Program-made: the position numbers and the translations under genes
Assembly (NCBI GenBank): GCA_963666315.2
Contig: CAXXHG010000043.1
Span: 160,001-224,000 of the forward strand
Length of the DNA: 64,000 nt
Origin: Candidatus Binatia bacterium
Lineage (GTDB): Bacteria; Desulfobacterota; Binatia; Bin18
Reading direction: 5' to 3'
Notes under the pieces: generated by a model
The model's database searches: none
Told to the model about the DNA's origin: nothing
What the model saw: only the letters and a program-made list of their open reading frames with translations
Shown here: positions 9,109 through 19,960 of the stretch, piece after piece
Layout: the number at the start of each line of letters is the position of its first letter
Numbering within the stretch: position 1 is the stretch's first letter

Positions 9109-10365
9109 TCATTCTCGAATCTGGCCGTCTCCGTATATGACATATTTGTACGTCGTAAGCTCGCGCAGACCCATTGGACCTCGAGCGTGCAGCCGATTGG
9201 TCGAAATTCCTACCTCGGCCCCAAAGCCGAACTCAAAGCCGTCGGTAAACCGTGTCGAAGCATTCGCATAGACGGTGGCAGAGTCCACTTCGCGTAGAAA
9301 TCGTCGCACACATGAATAGTCTTCACTCACAATGGCATCGGCCAGACCTGAACCATAGGTATTAATGAAGTCCACAGCCTCGTCGAGCGACAAGACAATT
9401 TTGACCGCAAGAATCTTATCCAGATATTCAGTCTGCCAGTCAGTCTCGGTTGCCGCTTTCACCTGAGGCGCTATCTGACGGGTGCGTGCACATCCGCGGA
9501 CTTCGACTCCCTCTTGTTCAAGTTTCGCAATGAACGCCGGGAGAAACTGCGCAGCGATCTGCTCATGCACAAGCAGGTTTTCCATGGCATTACACACCCA
9601 TGGTCGTTGGACCTTTGCATTTAGACAGATCTGATGTGCTTTTTTGAGATCAGCCGTGGCGTCCACATACGTGTGACACAAACCAGAGAAATGTTGAATC
9701 ACAGGAATAGACGATTGCCTGGTCACCGTACGGATCAACTCTTCACCGCCACGCGGAATGATTACGTCAATATAACGGTCTTGCTGGAGCAGGAAAGTAA
9801 CCGACTGCCGATCAGTCGACCGAACCAGTTGGACTGCGCCCTCGGGCAGTCCGGCCGCACTATATGCTTGGGACAGAATATCAACAATGGCGCCATTCGT
9901 CTCAAATGCCTCAGACCCCCCTTTTAAAACAACGGCATTGCCTGCTTTAAGGCACAGACCGGACGCATCGGCCGTCACATTCGGACGTGACTCGTAAATG
10001 ATGCCGACCACACCAAGGGGGACGCGGATTTGCCGGATCTCCAGCCCATTAGGACGATGCCAGGTGGAGATCGTTTCATCCACCGGATCAGGAAGATCGA
10101 CCATAATTTCAAGACCCTTGGCCATGGCATCAATGCGTGCTTCGTTCAGGCTGAGGCGATCCAGCATGGCCGAAGACAGGCCATTTTCTTGGCCCCGTGC
10201 GACGTCTTTGGTATTGGCGCTCAGCAAGGCTCCAGTCTGTTGCCGTAGCAGTTCGGCTGCTCCGAGGAGTGCTTTGTCTTTCGTTTGGGTTGACGTTGTT
10301 GCCAGCGTCCGCGCAGCTTTTTTCGCTGTCTGGGCTAATTCAACCACCATGTTTTCAAGGTCCAT
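9109..10365 (-). CDS. proA: Gamma-glutamyl phosphate reductase
   Basis: VPLGVVGIIYESRPNVT, CNAME, STRFTDG, LHARGPMG. Confidence 0.97.
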   Translation of the reverse strand: MDLENMVVELAQTAKKAARTLATTSTQTKDKALLGAAELLRQQTGALLSANTKDVARGQENGLSSAMLDRLSLNEARIDAMAKGLEIMVDLPDPVDETISTWHRPNGLEIRQIRVPLGVVGIIYESRPNVTADASGLCLKAGNAVVLKGGSEAFETNGAIVDILSQAYSAAGLPEGAVQLVRSTDRQSVTFLLQQDRYIDVIIPRGGEELIRTVTRQSSIPVIQHFSGLCHTYVDATADLKKAHQICLNAKVQRPWVCNAMENLLVHEQIAAQFLPAFIAKLEQEGVEVRGCARTRQIAPQVKAATETDWQTEYLDKILAVKIVLSLDEAVDFINTYGSGLADAIVSEDYSCVRRFLREVDSATVYANASTRFTDGFEFGFGAEVGISTNRLHARGPMGLRELTTYKYVIYGDGQIRE

Positions 10366-10446
10366 GACGTCTCTCCTTACTCAGAGCACTCAGTTTTCAG
10401 GATTCAGCCTTTTTGCAGGCCGTCTAGCTGAGCGCTGAAAGCTTCT

Positions 10447-11592
10447 TTACAGCAATGCCAGATCGTCACGATGAATGACCTCATCGCTCACCTTATAACC
10501 AAGGGTAGTCTCAATTTGGCTGGTATGGATACCCTTAATCTGCAGGAGCGCCCGTGCGCTATAGTTTACTAATCCGCGCGCAAACTCACTGCCGTGTTCG
10601 TCCAGACATGTGACGCAGTCGCCTTCTTCAAACATTCCCCGCACTTCACGTACGCCTGCCGGCAACAGGCTCCGGCCATCCCGTCGGATTGCAGCAGCAG
10701 CACCTGCGTCAAGACAGAGTGAGCCAGTCGGTTTCAGTATGTACGTAATCCAATGTTTACGACTTGCGATCCGGTCCGAAACCGGCAGGAATAGGGTGCC
10801 GATTTCTTTCTTTGGATCAAAGATCCAAGACAGCACCCCTTCCTGGCGACCGTCGGCAAGAATAGATGGAATTCCGTACTGGGCCGCTTTTTGGGCTGCT
10901 TCAAGTTTTGAGGCCATACCGCCGCGGCCTAGGGGGCCGGCCTCGCCGCATTGGACCATCAACCGTTCATCGATGTGTTCCACACATGCAATGCGCCTCG
11001 CCTGCTCATCCACACGTGGATCTGTTTCGTACAGACCGGCAACATCGCTTAACATAACCAGCAGATCCGCTTCAATCAGAACCGCAACCTGGGCTGATAA
11101 ATTGTCATTATCACCAAACTGGATTTCTTCGACCGCAACCGTGTCATTCTCATTCACGATAGGTAGCACTCCGGCCTCGATTAATGTCAGCATGGTGTGC
11201 TTCGCGTTCAAATAACGCCTGCGATTGGCCAGATCATCATGGGTTAAGAGGATCTGACCAACACGGATGTGTTGCGCGGAAAAGCACTCTTCATACAGCG
11301 CCATCAAGGTGATTTGTCCAACCGCAGCCGCCGCTTGCTTGGCAGGAATGGTCCGCGGACGCTCTTTCATTTTGAGTTCGCCCATCCCAGCGGCAACGGC
11401 TCCTGATGTCACAAGGACAATCTCTGTACCGGCAGCATGTAGGACTGATAGATCTGTGACCAGCTGGGCGATGCGTGCCTTGTGTACACCGCCAACGTCG
11501 GATAGCACACTGCTCCCGATCTTCACCACAATACGACGAATGTTGTCGAGGATACGGGACTTATGCCGGAGTTGGGCATGTTCTTGACTCAT
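10447..11592 (-). CDS. proB: Glutamate 5-kinase with PUA domain
   Basis: VVKIGSS, VNENDTV, FGDNDNLS, GGMASK, C-terminal VIHRDDL. Confidence 0.97.
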   Translation of the reverse strand: MSQEHAQLRHKSRILDNIRRIVVKIGSSVLSDVGGVHKARIAQLVTDLSVLHAAGTEIVLVTSGAVAAGMGELKMKERPRTIPAKQAAAAVGQITLMALYEECFSAQHIRVGQILLTHDDLANRRRYLNAKHTMLTLIEAGVLPIVNENDTVAVEEIQFGDNDNLSAQVAVLIEADLLVMLSDVAGLYETDPRVDEQARRIACVEHIDERLMVQCGEAGPLGRGGMASKLEAAQKAAQYGIPSILADGRQEGVLSWIFDPKKEIGTLFLPVSDRIASRKHWITYILKPTGSLCLDAGAAAAIRRDGRSLLPAGVREVRGMFEEGDCVTCLDEHGSEFARGLVNYSARALLQIKGIHTSQIETTLGYKVSDEVIHRDDLALL

Positions 11593-12632
11593 GGCCCTGG
11601 CGCCTCTGATTCTTGTGCGACGTCAGCCTCGCGTCGACACTGTTCCAGCAGACGGACAATTTCCCTCAGCAGTTCCTGCTTCCCCTCCCCAGTCGCAGCA
11701 GAAATGAGATGTAATTTTTTCTCATGCTGCGTAAAAGCCTGCTGAGCCTCAGGGAAACGTTCTCGCGTGATCGTCAAATCCGCCTTGGTCACCACCACAA
11801 GCTGCGGCCGCAGAGCAAGAGCACTATCAAAAGCGTCTAGTTCACGATTGATGACCGTATAGTCTTCATATGGGTTACGTTCTGGGTCAGAGATATCAAT
11901 AAGATGGACCAGGAGAGAAGTCCGTGAAAGATGGCGCAGAAAACGTACTCCAAGCCCATGTCCGGTATGTGCACCTTCAATGAGCCCCGGCACGTCAGCC
12001 ATGACAAAAGACCCTTCATCTGCATAGCGCACAACACCCAGGTTCGGAGTAAGCGTCGTAAAGGGGAAGTCGGCCACACGCGGACGTGCCGCAGAAACAG
12101 CGGATATCAGCGTCGATTTCCCCGCATTGGGAAACCCGACCAAACCAACATCGGCGAGTAACCGCAGTTCAAGTTGGAGTAGCCGCGTCTCTCCAATCAG
12201 ACCCGGCTGGGCAAATCGCGGGGCACGGTTTGTTGAGCTGGCGAAAAAGGCATTCCCTTTTCCGCCTTTTCCACCGTGCGCTACGACAACTTCTTCTCCT
12301 ACGGTTCGCAGATCAGCGAGTATTTCTCCGCTCTCGGCATCACGGGCAATCGTTCCCGGAGGCACCAGAAAAACCGACGCCTGCGCATTTTTCCCATGTT
12401 GGTCCTTCCCACGTCCATGTCCCCCGCGTGCCGCCCGGGCGTGGTGGCGGTGCGCCAGATCAAGCAGAGTATTGCGCTGAGGGTCAACACGCAGGATGAC
12501 ATCTCCGCCGTTGCCACCATTACCACCATTCGGCCCCCCCCAGGGACGAAATTTCTCACGCAGAAAGCTGACGCAGCCCCGCCCGCCATCGCCCGCTTTG
12601 ACCGTCATTGTGACTTCATCGACGAAGTGCAT
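11589..12632 (-). CDS. obgE: GTPase ObgE/CgtA
   Basis: MHFVDE Gly-rich Obg domain; GFPNAGKS, PFTTL, DVPGLIEG, TKAD. Confidence 0.97.
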   Translation of the reverse strand: MHFVDEVTMTVKAGDGGRGCVSFLREKFRPWGGPNGGNGGNGGDVILRVDPQRNTLLDLAHRHHARAARGGHGRGKDQHGKNAQASVFLVPPGTIARDAESGEILADLRTVGEEVVVAHGGKGGKGNAFFASSTNRAPRFAQPGLIGETRLLQLELRLLADVGLVGFPNAGKSTLISAVSAARPRVADFPFTTLTPNLGVVRYADEGSFVMADVPGLIEGAHTGHGLGVRFLRHLSRTSLLVHLIDISDPERNPYEDYTVINRELDAFDSALALRPQLVVVTKADLTITRERFPEAQQAFTQHEKKLHLISAATGEGKQELLREIVRLLEQCRREADVAQESEAPGP

Positions 12633-12693
12633 ATTTGAGATAGCCTGTTAATATTTTTGACTTAATTGGACTGAGACATGCAGTATCCCAAAA

Positions 12694-12716
12694 TAAAAAA
12701 AGCCCCGGACGGGGCT
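12694..12716 (-). terminator. Rho-independent terminator after rpmA
   Basis: AGCCCC-N4-GGGGCT hairpin followed by a T-run on the minus strand. Confidence 0.8.
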
Positions 12717-12756
12717 CTTCAGACAAACACGCATTCTCGACTATGCACTCAGCACC

Positions 12757-13011
12757 CTACTGAGGATAAACGCTCACCCGTTTACGAGTCTTGCCCATGC
12801 GCTCATAACAAATGACGCCAGCAATCTTTGCAAATAGGGTATAGTCCCGGCCCATGCCGACATTCGTGCCCGGAAAAATACGCGTACCAAGCTGGCGTAC
12901 AATGATGCTGCCCGCTTTTGCCGCCTGTCCGCCAAAAAGCTTTATCCCACGGCGTTGGCCTGGGCTATCACGGCCATTCCGGGTCGACCCCTGTCCTTTT
13001 TTATGTGCCAT
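12757..13011 (-). CDS. rpmA: 50S ribosomal protein L27
   Basis: [16 protein letters not shown]...GRDYTLFA. Confidence 0.98.
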   Translation of the reverse strand: MAHKKGQGSTRNGRDSPGQRRGIKLFGGQAAKAGSIIVRQLGTRIFPGTNVGMGRDYTLFAKIAGVICYERMGKTRKRVSVYPQ

Positions 13012-13014
13012 GGA

Positions 13015-13344
13015 TTATCCCTCCAATCCTCCGAGGTTGATCGCCTTGACCTGTACTGCAGTAAAAAGCTGTCGATGGCCACGTTTACGACGATAGGCTT
13101 TGCGGCGTTTCTTTTTAAACACAATGATTTTTCTCTCTTTCCCGTGCTCGACAAGACGAGCAGTCACAGAAGCGCCAGGAACGAGCGGCGTGCCAACCTG
13201 AATGTTTCCATCAGCAGATGTCAGCAGGACATCCGAGAACGTAATATCGCCCCCGACTTCACCGGGGAGCGACTCTACACGCAGGAGTTCTCCTTGCGTG
13301 ACTCGGTATTGTTTTCCACCAGTACGAATAACTGCGTATGACAT
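13015..13344 (-). CDS. rplU: 50S ribosomal protein L21
   Basis: [13 protein letters not shown]...KRGHRQ. Confidence 0.98.
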   Translation of the reverse strand: MSYAVIRTGGKQYRVTQGELLRVESLPGEVGGDITFSDVLLTSADGNIQVGTPLVPGASVTARLVEHGKERKIIVFKKKRRKAYRRKRGHRQLFTAVQVKAINLGGLEG

Positions 13345-13376
13345 CCTTCGTTACCTACGCGAGCCCGTTTTGTGTG

Positions 13377-13793
13377 TCAACTCCCGAGCTTGTTTGCATC
13401 GCCGGTGAGAGCCTGTCTGATCGCATCGAGAATGGGCTGTGGACGGTCACGGTGATCAACAAAAACGGCAGTAATAGCCCCACTGACACAGCGTTTTTCT
13501 TCCCGATAAATTTCTCCGGCAAACGTGATCGACGTAGTGCCTATCCGTTCGACCCACACCTTGACAGCAATCTGTTCGTCAACATACAGCGGGGCGTAGA
13601 AAGTTGCCGAAACATTCACCCGAGGCAGACCGGATATTTTTCGGTGATCAGACAAGGGGAAACCGGCTTGTCTCGTGAGTTCCCATTCGGCCGTCTCGAA
13701 ATAGCGGAACGCCGCCGTGTAGTGAATGCGGCCGGAGGCATCGGTATCGACCCAGCGAACACGGAGTTTCTCAGTATGAGAGCGCATAGTCAA
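13377..13793 (-). CDS. Acyl-CoA thioesterase (4HBT/YbgC hot-dog fold)
   Basis: RVRWVDTDASGRIHY motif. Confidence 0.85.
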   Translation of the reverse strand: MTMRSHTEKLRVRWVDTDASGRIHYTAAFRYFETAEWELTRQAGFPLSDHRKISGLPRVNVSATFYAPLYVDEQIAVKVWVERIGTTSITFAGEIYREEKRCVSGAITAVFVDHRDRPQPILDAIRQALTGDANKLGS

Positions 13794-13901
13794 CCAAAAG
13801 TGGTAATAACCGGCCTAGTGCATTACCTCAGGCGGGCTGCAGTATGAAAGGATATCGTAGCATGACATGAGACAAAATGGGACAAAACGGGGAGAGCAGG
13901 G

Positions 13902-15428
13902 TTAGGAGTTACGCATGCGGGCCACCGATGTACGCGCAGCAGCCTGACGGAGGGGGACGGCCGAATACGTTCGGCTGGCCGGCTCGTTGTGTACACTGAG
14001 CGCAGCCAGATATTCTTCTAACTTCTTTGTGATCGCGGCGATCTGTGGATCAAGCGGCTTTGGCGCTCTCTCTTTTTGTCGTGCGACTACCCTTTTTGTA
14101 GGCAGCTTCGCTTTTAACGGATTGATATACTTCCCGTTTTTATGTAACTCAAAATGGAGATGCGGACCAGTCGCCGTCCCGGATGATCCAACCTGGCCGA
14201 TGATCTGGCCTCTTTTCACAATACTCCCGACTTTCACACCCCTCCGAATACGTTGCAAATGTGCATAGGCCGAACTATACGGTCCCGCATGGGCGATCCG
14301 AATAAATCGGCCGTAGGCCCCTTGCCAACCCGCTTTCGTAATAGTCCCATTTGCTACCGCACGTACGGGTGTTCCCGCTGGCGCGGCAAAATCTACGCCA
14401 CGATGCGGACGCTTTTGTTTATAAATAGGGTGAAACCGGGCGTCGGTGAAGACGGATGAAATCCGGGTGTAGCGGACGGGGTAGCGCAAGAACTGTGCCC
14501 CTCTTCCTGTCCACTGAGAGTTGGCGTCTTCTTCGGCTCCAACACAAAACATCGCATATGTCTTGCCTTTATTCACAATTTCAGCAGCCAGGACTTTTCC
14601 ATAGCCAAGAATTTTTCCATCAGCCTGGAGCTCCTCAAAAATGATCTTAAACACCGCTCCGGGCTGAAGCTCGGAAGAAAGATCGAGATCCCAATCCATA
14701 TCTGCTAAATCATCAATAATGCGAGCCGGTACACCCATTCTCGTTGCCGTCTGGTACAGACTGCCCCGGATACGTCCGCCAACCGCTCGCCACACAAGCG
14801 TCGTCGGTACCGTCTCGACCCGCGACTCAATCCGTCCGTTCTCACCCCGCTCAAGAACGAGCAGTGAGCGTTTATTGATATCGTACGAAACGGTCCGAAG
14901 GGTTGGGTTCCCGTGTTGGTCGTAATCGTACGAGAGCGTCATGGCGTGCCGGAGTTGCAAACGCCGGAGTTCGCTCATTTTCCGTGCTGCATCGATCCAT
15001 ACAGCCATCTGTTTGCGCGGGAGTCCCGCTTTTTTCAGAATAGTTGCAAGCGTTTCATTCCGTTTGATGAAATGTACCGTTTGACGCACTTCTGGCGTCG
15101 GAGCAGCAGGCTGGGCAGGCGAGAAGATAACGACACTGACAGACTTCTCCTCCTCACCCCCGGCTTGTACGAGAGCGTCGACTTCTGAATTCCAGATCGG
15201 CTCCTCGACAAGGTCCGCTCTCTTCTGGATCTCACTCAAGCGTCGTTCGAGCTGAGCAATGATTTCATTTTTTGCAAGTGTAGGGTCAAACGCAGAACTT
15301 GCCGCCCGAACAACAAAGCCGAGAAAACACAGCACAAGAATAGGGGCAATAATCAGAACCTGAACTTGGCCGTTCTGGTGCGCTAGAAGCGCGCGTCGCG
15401 TCCCTCGAAAATACCCCATACCACTCAT
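13902..15428 (-). CDS. M23 family peptidoglycan endopeptidase (MepM-like)
   Basis: N-terminal TM segment; HRGVDFAAP, YAHL and TGPHLHFE motifs. Confidence 0.92.
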   Translation of the reverse strand: MSGMGYFRGTRRALLAHQNGQVQVLIIAPILVLCFLGFVVRAASSAFDPTLAKNEIIAQLERRLSEIQKRADLVEEPIWNSEVDALVQAGGEEEKSVSVVIFSPAQPAAPTPEVRQTVHFIKRNETLATILKKAGLPRKQMAVWIDAARKMSELRRLQLRHAMTLSYDYDQHGNPTLRTVSYDINKRSLLVLERGENGRIESRVETVPTTLVWRAVGGRIRGSLYQTATRMGVPARIIDDLADMDWDLDLSSELQPGAVFKIIFEELQADGKILGYGKVLAAEIVNKGKTYAMFCVGAEEDANSQWTGRGAQFLRYPVRYTRISSVFTDARFHPIYKQKRPHRGVDFAAPAGTPVRAVANGTITKAGWQGAYGRFIRIAHAGPYSSAYAHLQRIRRGVKVGSIVKRGQIIGQVGSSGTATGPHLHFELHKNGKYINPLKAKLPTKRVVARQKERAPKPLDPQIAAITKKLEEYLAALSVHNEPASRTYSAVPLRQAAARTSVARMRNS

Positions 15429-15516
15429 GCACCTGATATAATGTTACCAGAAAGTGCCTGTAGAATGCATAAAAGTCAAGCAACCAAGAGTCTGTTTTCG
15501 TTTCACGAACACGACA

Positions 15517-15545
15517 TTGTCCCGACCCCAGACCGATGGTAGGTT
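15517..15545 (+). promoter_or_regulatory. sigma70-like promoter TTGTCC-N17-(TGG)TAGGTT, 8 nt before the mltG GTG
   Basis: Motif and spacing read directly; extended -10 TG present; no SD. Confidence 0.5.
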
Positions 15546-15553
15546 GAGCTGTA

Positions 15554-16552
15554 GTGAAAAAGGCCCTGCTTCTTGTTGCCTGTCTTATTACCGGCGTCAG
15601 CGGACTGGCCGCCTATGACGTCTACCAATTTCTCGTCACCCCAGGCCCTTCTTTACCCGAGCCGACTCGCATTGTTATTTCCCCGGGCAGTAGCCTTCAA
15701 AAAACAGCCAACCTCCTGGTTTCTGAAGGTATTCTGGCACATGTTCAACCATTCTGCCTCTGGGCGCAGTTCACTGGTCAAGACAGGCAAATCAAAAGCG
15801 GAGAATATGTCCTCTCGACGCCGCTGACTCCGCGTATATTGCTTGATACGCTGACGCGCGGACAGGTCACGCATCACGTTGTAACCATCACAGAAGGAAT
15901 GACGCTCAAACAGATTGCGAGCAAATTGGAAGCGCAAGGATTCGGTCCGCAGGAAAGCTTTCTTGCCCTGAACACTGACCGGCAGTTTCTGGCTCAGTGG
16001 AACCTGCAATCACACGGTCTGGAAGGCTATCTCTACCCTGATACCTATTTTTTTTCGAGACACACCACACCGGCAGACATACTGGGGCGCATGCTTACCC
16101 GCTTGCACGAAGTCTTTAGTCCAACACTACGCCACAAGGCGAAAGAGCACGGGCTGTCTCCACATCAAACTCTGACCCTGGCCTCTCTGATTGAAAAAGA
16201 GACGGGAGCGGCTTCTGAACGCCCTCTCGTTGCCGCAGTCTTTCACAATCGGTTGCAAAGGGGAATTCCGCTTCAGTGCGATCCGACCGTAATATACGGT
16301 ATTGCCGACTTTGACGGTAATATCACTCGTCGCCATTTACGCACCCCAACCCCGTATAACACCTATCTCTTCACCGGCCTGCCACCTGGCCCTATTGCCA
16401 ATCCCGGGCTGGCATCCATTCAAGCTGTGCTCTCCCCGGCCAAAAAGGACTATCTATATTTTGTTGCCAAAGGGGACGGCACCCACGTCTTTTCATCACG
16501 GCTCGCCGACCACAATCGTGCGGTGCGTCGGTTTCAAAAACGCCGCTCTTAA
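15554..16552 (+). CDS. mltG: Endolytic transglycosylase MltG
   Basis: LEGYLYPDTY, ASLIEKET, LQCDPT, PYNTY...GLPPGPIANPG. Confidence 0.96.
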   Translation: MKKALLLVACLITGVSGLAAYDVYQFLVTPGPSLPEPTRIVISPGSSLQKTANLLVSEGILAHVQPFCLWAQFTGQDRQIKSGEYVLSTPLTPRILLDTLTRGQVTHHVVTITEGMTLKQIASKLEAQGFGPQESFLALNTDRQFLAQWNLQSHGLEGYLYPDTYFFSRHTTPADILGRMLTRLHEVFSPTLRHKAKEHGLSPHQTLTLASLIEKETGAASERPLVAAVFHNRLQRGIPLQCDPTVIYGIADFDGNITRRHLRTPTPYNTYLFTGLPPGPIANPGLASIQAVLSPAKKDYLYFVAKGDGTHVFSSRLADHNRAVRRFQKRRS

Positions 16553-16554
16553 AC

Positions 16555-18070
16555 ATGGATAACCTGGACAAGTTGTCACAACTCATCGCAAGCACACGCT
16601 ACCGCGCGCTCCAACAGCGACGCGTGAATACGCTGGGGTTTTTCCTGCCCTTGGGGGTCGCGCTCTTTTTCCTCGCCGATGTCCTTTTGTACAGCTTTTC
16701 CCTGCCCAGTGTGTTTGCTTTGATTCTGCCGCTGATCGTCCTGTGCTTCATGCTGAACTCCCTCAGGCGTGATAAAAAGACTGTTCGTCAAGAAACAATT
16801 GCCACCCTTCTAGATGAAAAAACGGATGGCAAGGAACGCTTTCTCACGCTGGTGACCCTGCCACCCTCACGTCCCTCAGAATATCCGGATGCCTCAGCCT
16901 CTTTCTTGACTCAACTCCGGAGCGAGGCGGCCCGTAAAGCCGCTTTTTTTCGTGCCCGAGCGCGACCTGCCCTTCCAGCTCGATAGACGCGTTCCCGTAG
17001 CCTTTTTGGGTGCTGTTCTCAGTGGCATTCTCCTTTTCTTTTTACCAATGGGAGATGCAGCCCGGGGAGACGCGGCCTCAGTCCCACATTCAGCCCCTAG
17101 CCCAGAGGCGCTCATACAGAACATTGAGGATATCGCTCGCAATCTTTTGCGTCCGCAGTCTACGCCTGAGGCGCAAAAAACCGGAGCACAGCTGCTTGTG
17201 TTAACTCAAAAACTGAAAGATCCCGCCTTCACCCCACAACAACAAATACGGCTTATCGACGAGGCCCAGAAACGGATGAACCTGCCCGTATCGATACCCC
17301 AGATTCTTCCCATAGATCTCAAACTCTTTGGGAGCGACAGCCCGCAAAGAGACGACCCGGGAAATCAGGGCGACACACCCCAACCGGAGAATCAGCCGCT
17401 TGCCAAGGCGAATGAAAACCTGGAGCAGCTCAAGCAGGCGCTGTCTGCTGATCAAGGAAACGAGCCACAACAGGGCGCCCAAAACCAGGATCAACAAAAC
17501 CAAGAGCAGCAAGATCAATCAGACAAACAAGAGCAGCAAAATAAAAAACCTCAAACAAAAGAATCCGGCGGCGGGATTAAATTCGACCAGCCCCAGCAAA
17601 AGACCGGGCAAAAACAGTCTGAGCAGAACTCTTCGGATCAACAGCAACAATCAACTCAGCAGCCCGACAAGCAACACAGCCCGTCAGGGGTCGATCCTCG
17701 AAAAGCCGGCCAAGAGTCACAGCGCCAGGCCACTCAAAACGCCGGCGCTGGCCAACAACCTCAACAGCCCTATCCATCGGGACAGCAGCCAAAAAACCAG
17801 ATCGGAAAAGCAAGCGGGCAGGGCAAGGGCGAGCGTTTTTACAAAAAAGGCGAGCAGCCGGGTGGATTCCTGACCAAAGATGCCCGGTTTGTCAAAGTCC
17901 GCATTCCAACTGGCCTTGAAGCGGATGCAGGCAGTACGCAGCGAACGGAGAATGCCAGCCAGGCTGTCCCCACCATCCCGTACAGCAATGCACCACTTGC
18001 TGACCGCCTGGAAGAAGAAAACGCACCGCAGCAACCCATTCCACTCGAATATCGAGCCATTCTACAGTAG
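16555..18070 (+). pseudogene. Membrane protein with Gln-rich tail, split by a frameshift (MoxR-associated type)
   Basis: ORF 16555-16986 (two TM segments) joins ORF 16952-18070 (third TM, Q-rich region, C-terminal IPLEYR) across a T7 run at ~16944-16950. Confidence 0.6.
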
Positions 18071-18077
18071 GAGAACC

Positions 18078-19096
18078 ATGCCATCATTGTCATCATTGCC
18101 ATCACCAGAAAGACGCGTTGGAAATTTTCGGCAGCTTTTTACGGCGATCGAAGAAGAAATCGGCCGGGTTATCGTGGGTCAACATGGTGTCGTGCGTAAG
18201 ATCTTGACCGCCTTTTTTGCCGGTGGGCATGTCTTGATTGAAAGCGTCCCCGGCTTGGGCAAGACCTTAATGGCCAAGTCGCTGAGCCAAACGCTTGCAC
18301 TCAGCTCGAAACGGATTCAGTTCACTCCAGACCTCATGCCATCCGATATTGTCGGCACCCAAGTGCTGTCCGAAGGAGCGGACGGTCGGCGCTATTTCGA
18401 ATTCAAACCCGGACCAGTCTTTGCCAATATCCTGTTAGCAGACGAAATTAACCGGGCAACGCCCAAAACACAGTCCGCCCTGCTCGAAGCCATGGAGGAG
18501 CAGCAGGTCTCAGTTTTTGGCGAGACACATATTCTCACCCCACCCTTTCTTGTCCTCGCAACCCAGAACCCGGTTGAGATCGAAGGCACCTACCCCCTCC
18601 CCGAAGCGCAGCTCGACCGCTTTCTGTTGAAGCTCGTCATCCATTCTCCAACCGCAGACGAACTGACAGAGATTCTTGCCCGGACAACAACAGAGGCCCA
18701 GTATACGATCGCTCCAGTTCTTTCTACAGACTCTGCACAATCGGTGGTGGCAGAGATGCAGGACCTCGTCGCGAAGTCCTGCTCGCTCCGCCACTCAGCC
18801 GTTATATTGCCAGGCTGATTGAAGCCGCAACTCCAGCCAATACCAATGCACCTATCCCTGAGGTTGCGCAGTATCTCCGCTATGGACCCAGTCCGCGTGG
18901 GGCTCAGGCACTCGCATTAGGCGCGAAAGTCAACGCGCTGCTCGATGGACGGGTGCATGTGAGTTTTGAGGACATTACGGATGTCGCCCTGACGGCCTTG
19001 CGACATCGCTGTCTGTTAAATTTTCAAGCAGAGGCGGAAAGCATTACCCCCGACCAGATCATTGAATTACTCCTGAAAAAGGTTGCAAAAAAATAA
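18078..19096 (+). pseudogene. MoxR-family AAA+ ATPase, frameshifted
   Basis: HVLIESVPGLGKT, RIQFTPDLMPSD, DEINRA, YPLPEAQLDRF. After ~18770 the conserved C-terminus (YGPSPRGAQAL...LRHR...) continues in another frame to TAA at 19094-19096. Confidence 0.85.
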
Positions 19097-19252
19097 TTCG
19101 AAGCCTCATCCCAGCCTCGCTGTCCCAGTATTTTTCTTTTTCTACTGTGGCCCGCCACAGGCACGCCCGTGGCGCGGTTGCTTTCCTTGCCCCTCTTCTG
19201 CTTTTCCGATAGCAGTAGTTCTACTCTACTGAGCAAGGGAGACCACGCCGCT

Positions 19253-19921
19253 ATGGATCTTATCCACGCCGTCTTTGAGCCAGAGGGAGAAGGTCCGCAC
19301 CCGACGATAATTGCGCTGCACGGGTGGGGGGCGAATGCCCTCGACTTGCTTGGCCTTGCGCCACATTTGTGTCGGGGGCAATTTCTGGTTGTGTGTCCAC
19401 AAGGCCCACTCCAGGTTCCGCTCGGCCCGAATATGGTCGGTCATGGCTGGTTTCCGATTACGGCAGGAGGACCGATTGACCTGCAGGCCGTGTTGACTGC
19501 TCGGGAAGCAATTCGAGCATTCGTGGACAGTGCGCTCAAGCGCTATCCGATCGATAGCAAGAAACTCAGTGTGCTCGGCTTCAGCCAAGGCGGCGTCATG
19601 GGCTACAGCTTGGCCCTGGGCGAGCCGGAACGCTTTGCCGGTCTGGCCTGCCTCAGTTCGTGGTTACCCAAAGATATGCTGACAGTATTGCCGGACGTGC
19701 CGGCGACCGAGCAGCTTCCAGTGCTGGTCCAGCATGGCAGTCGAGACGAACTGGTTGATGTAGGACGCGCGCGCCAGTCAGTTGAAACCCTGCGCGATGT
19801 AAAAGCGCCGGTCACGTACCGTGAGTATGACATGGGCCACGAGATCAATGCCCAGAGCTTGACCGGCCTATCGAACTGGCTCCAAGAAAAGGTCTTGTCC
19901 CCGATTACGCTCGCGTCGTGA
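19253..19921 (+). CDS. Phospholipase/carboxylesterase (alpha/beta hydrolase)
   Basis: LHGWG, GFSQGG nucleophile, HGSRDELV, MGHEI. Confidence 0.9.
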   Translation: MDLIHAVFEPEGEGPHPTIIALHGWGANALDLLGLAPHLCRGQFLVVCPQGPLQVPLGPNMVGHGWFPITAGGPIDLQAVLTAREAIRAFVDSALKRYPIDSKKLSVLGFSQGGVMGYSLALGEPERFAGLACLSSWLPKDMLTVLPDVPATEQLPVLVQHGSRDELVDVGRARQSVETLRDVKAPVTYREYDMGHEINAQSLTGLSNWLQEKVLSPITLAS

Positions 19922-19960
19922 AGCATCGTGAAGCTGCGCCCGGGTGAGGCAACCGCGCCC

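Noticed and set aside
17330-17830. CAA/CAG-rich low-complexity tract as a repeat array or CRISPR
   Set aside because: It encodes the Gln-rich protein tail; there is no fixed repeat-spacer periodicity and no cas gene.
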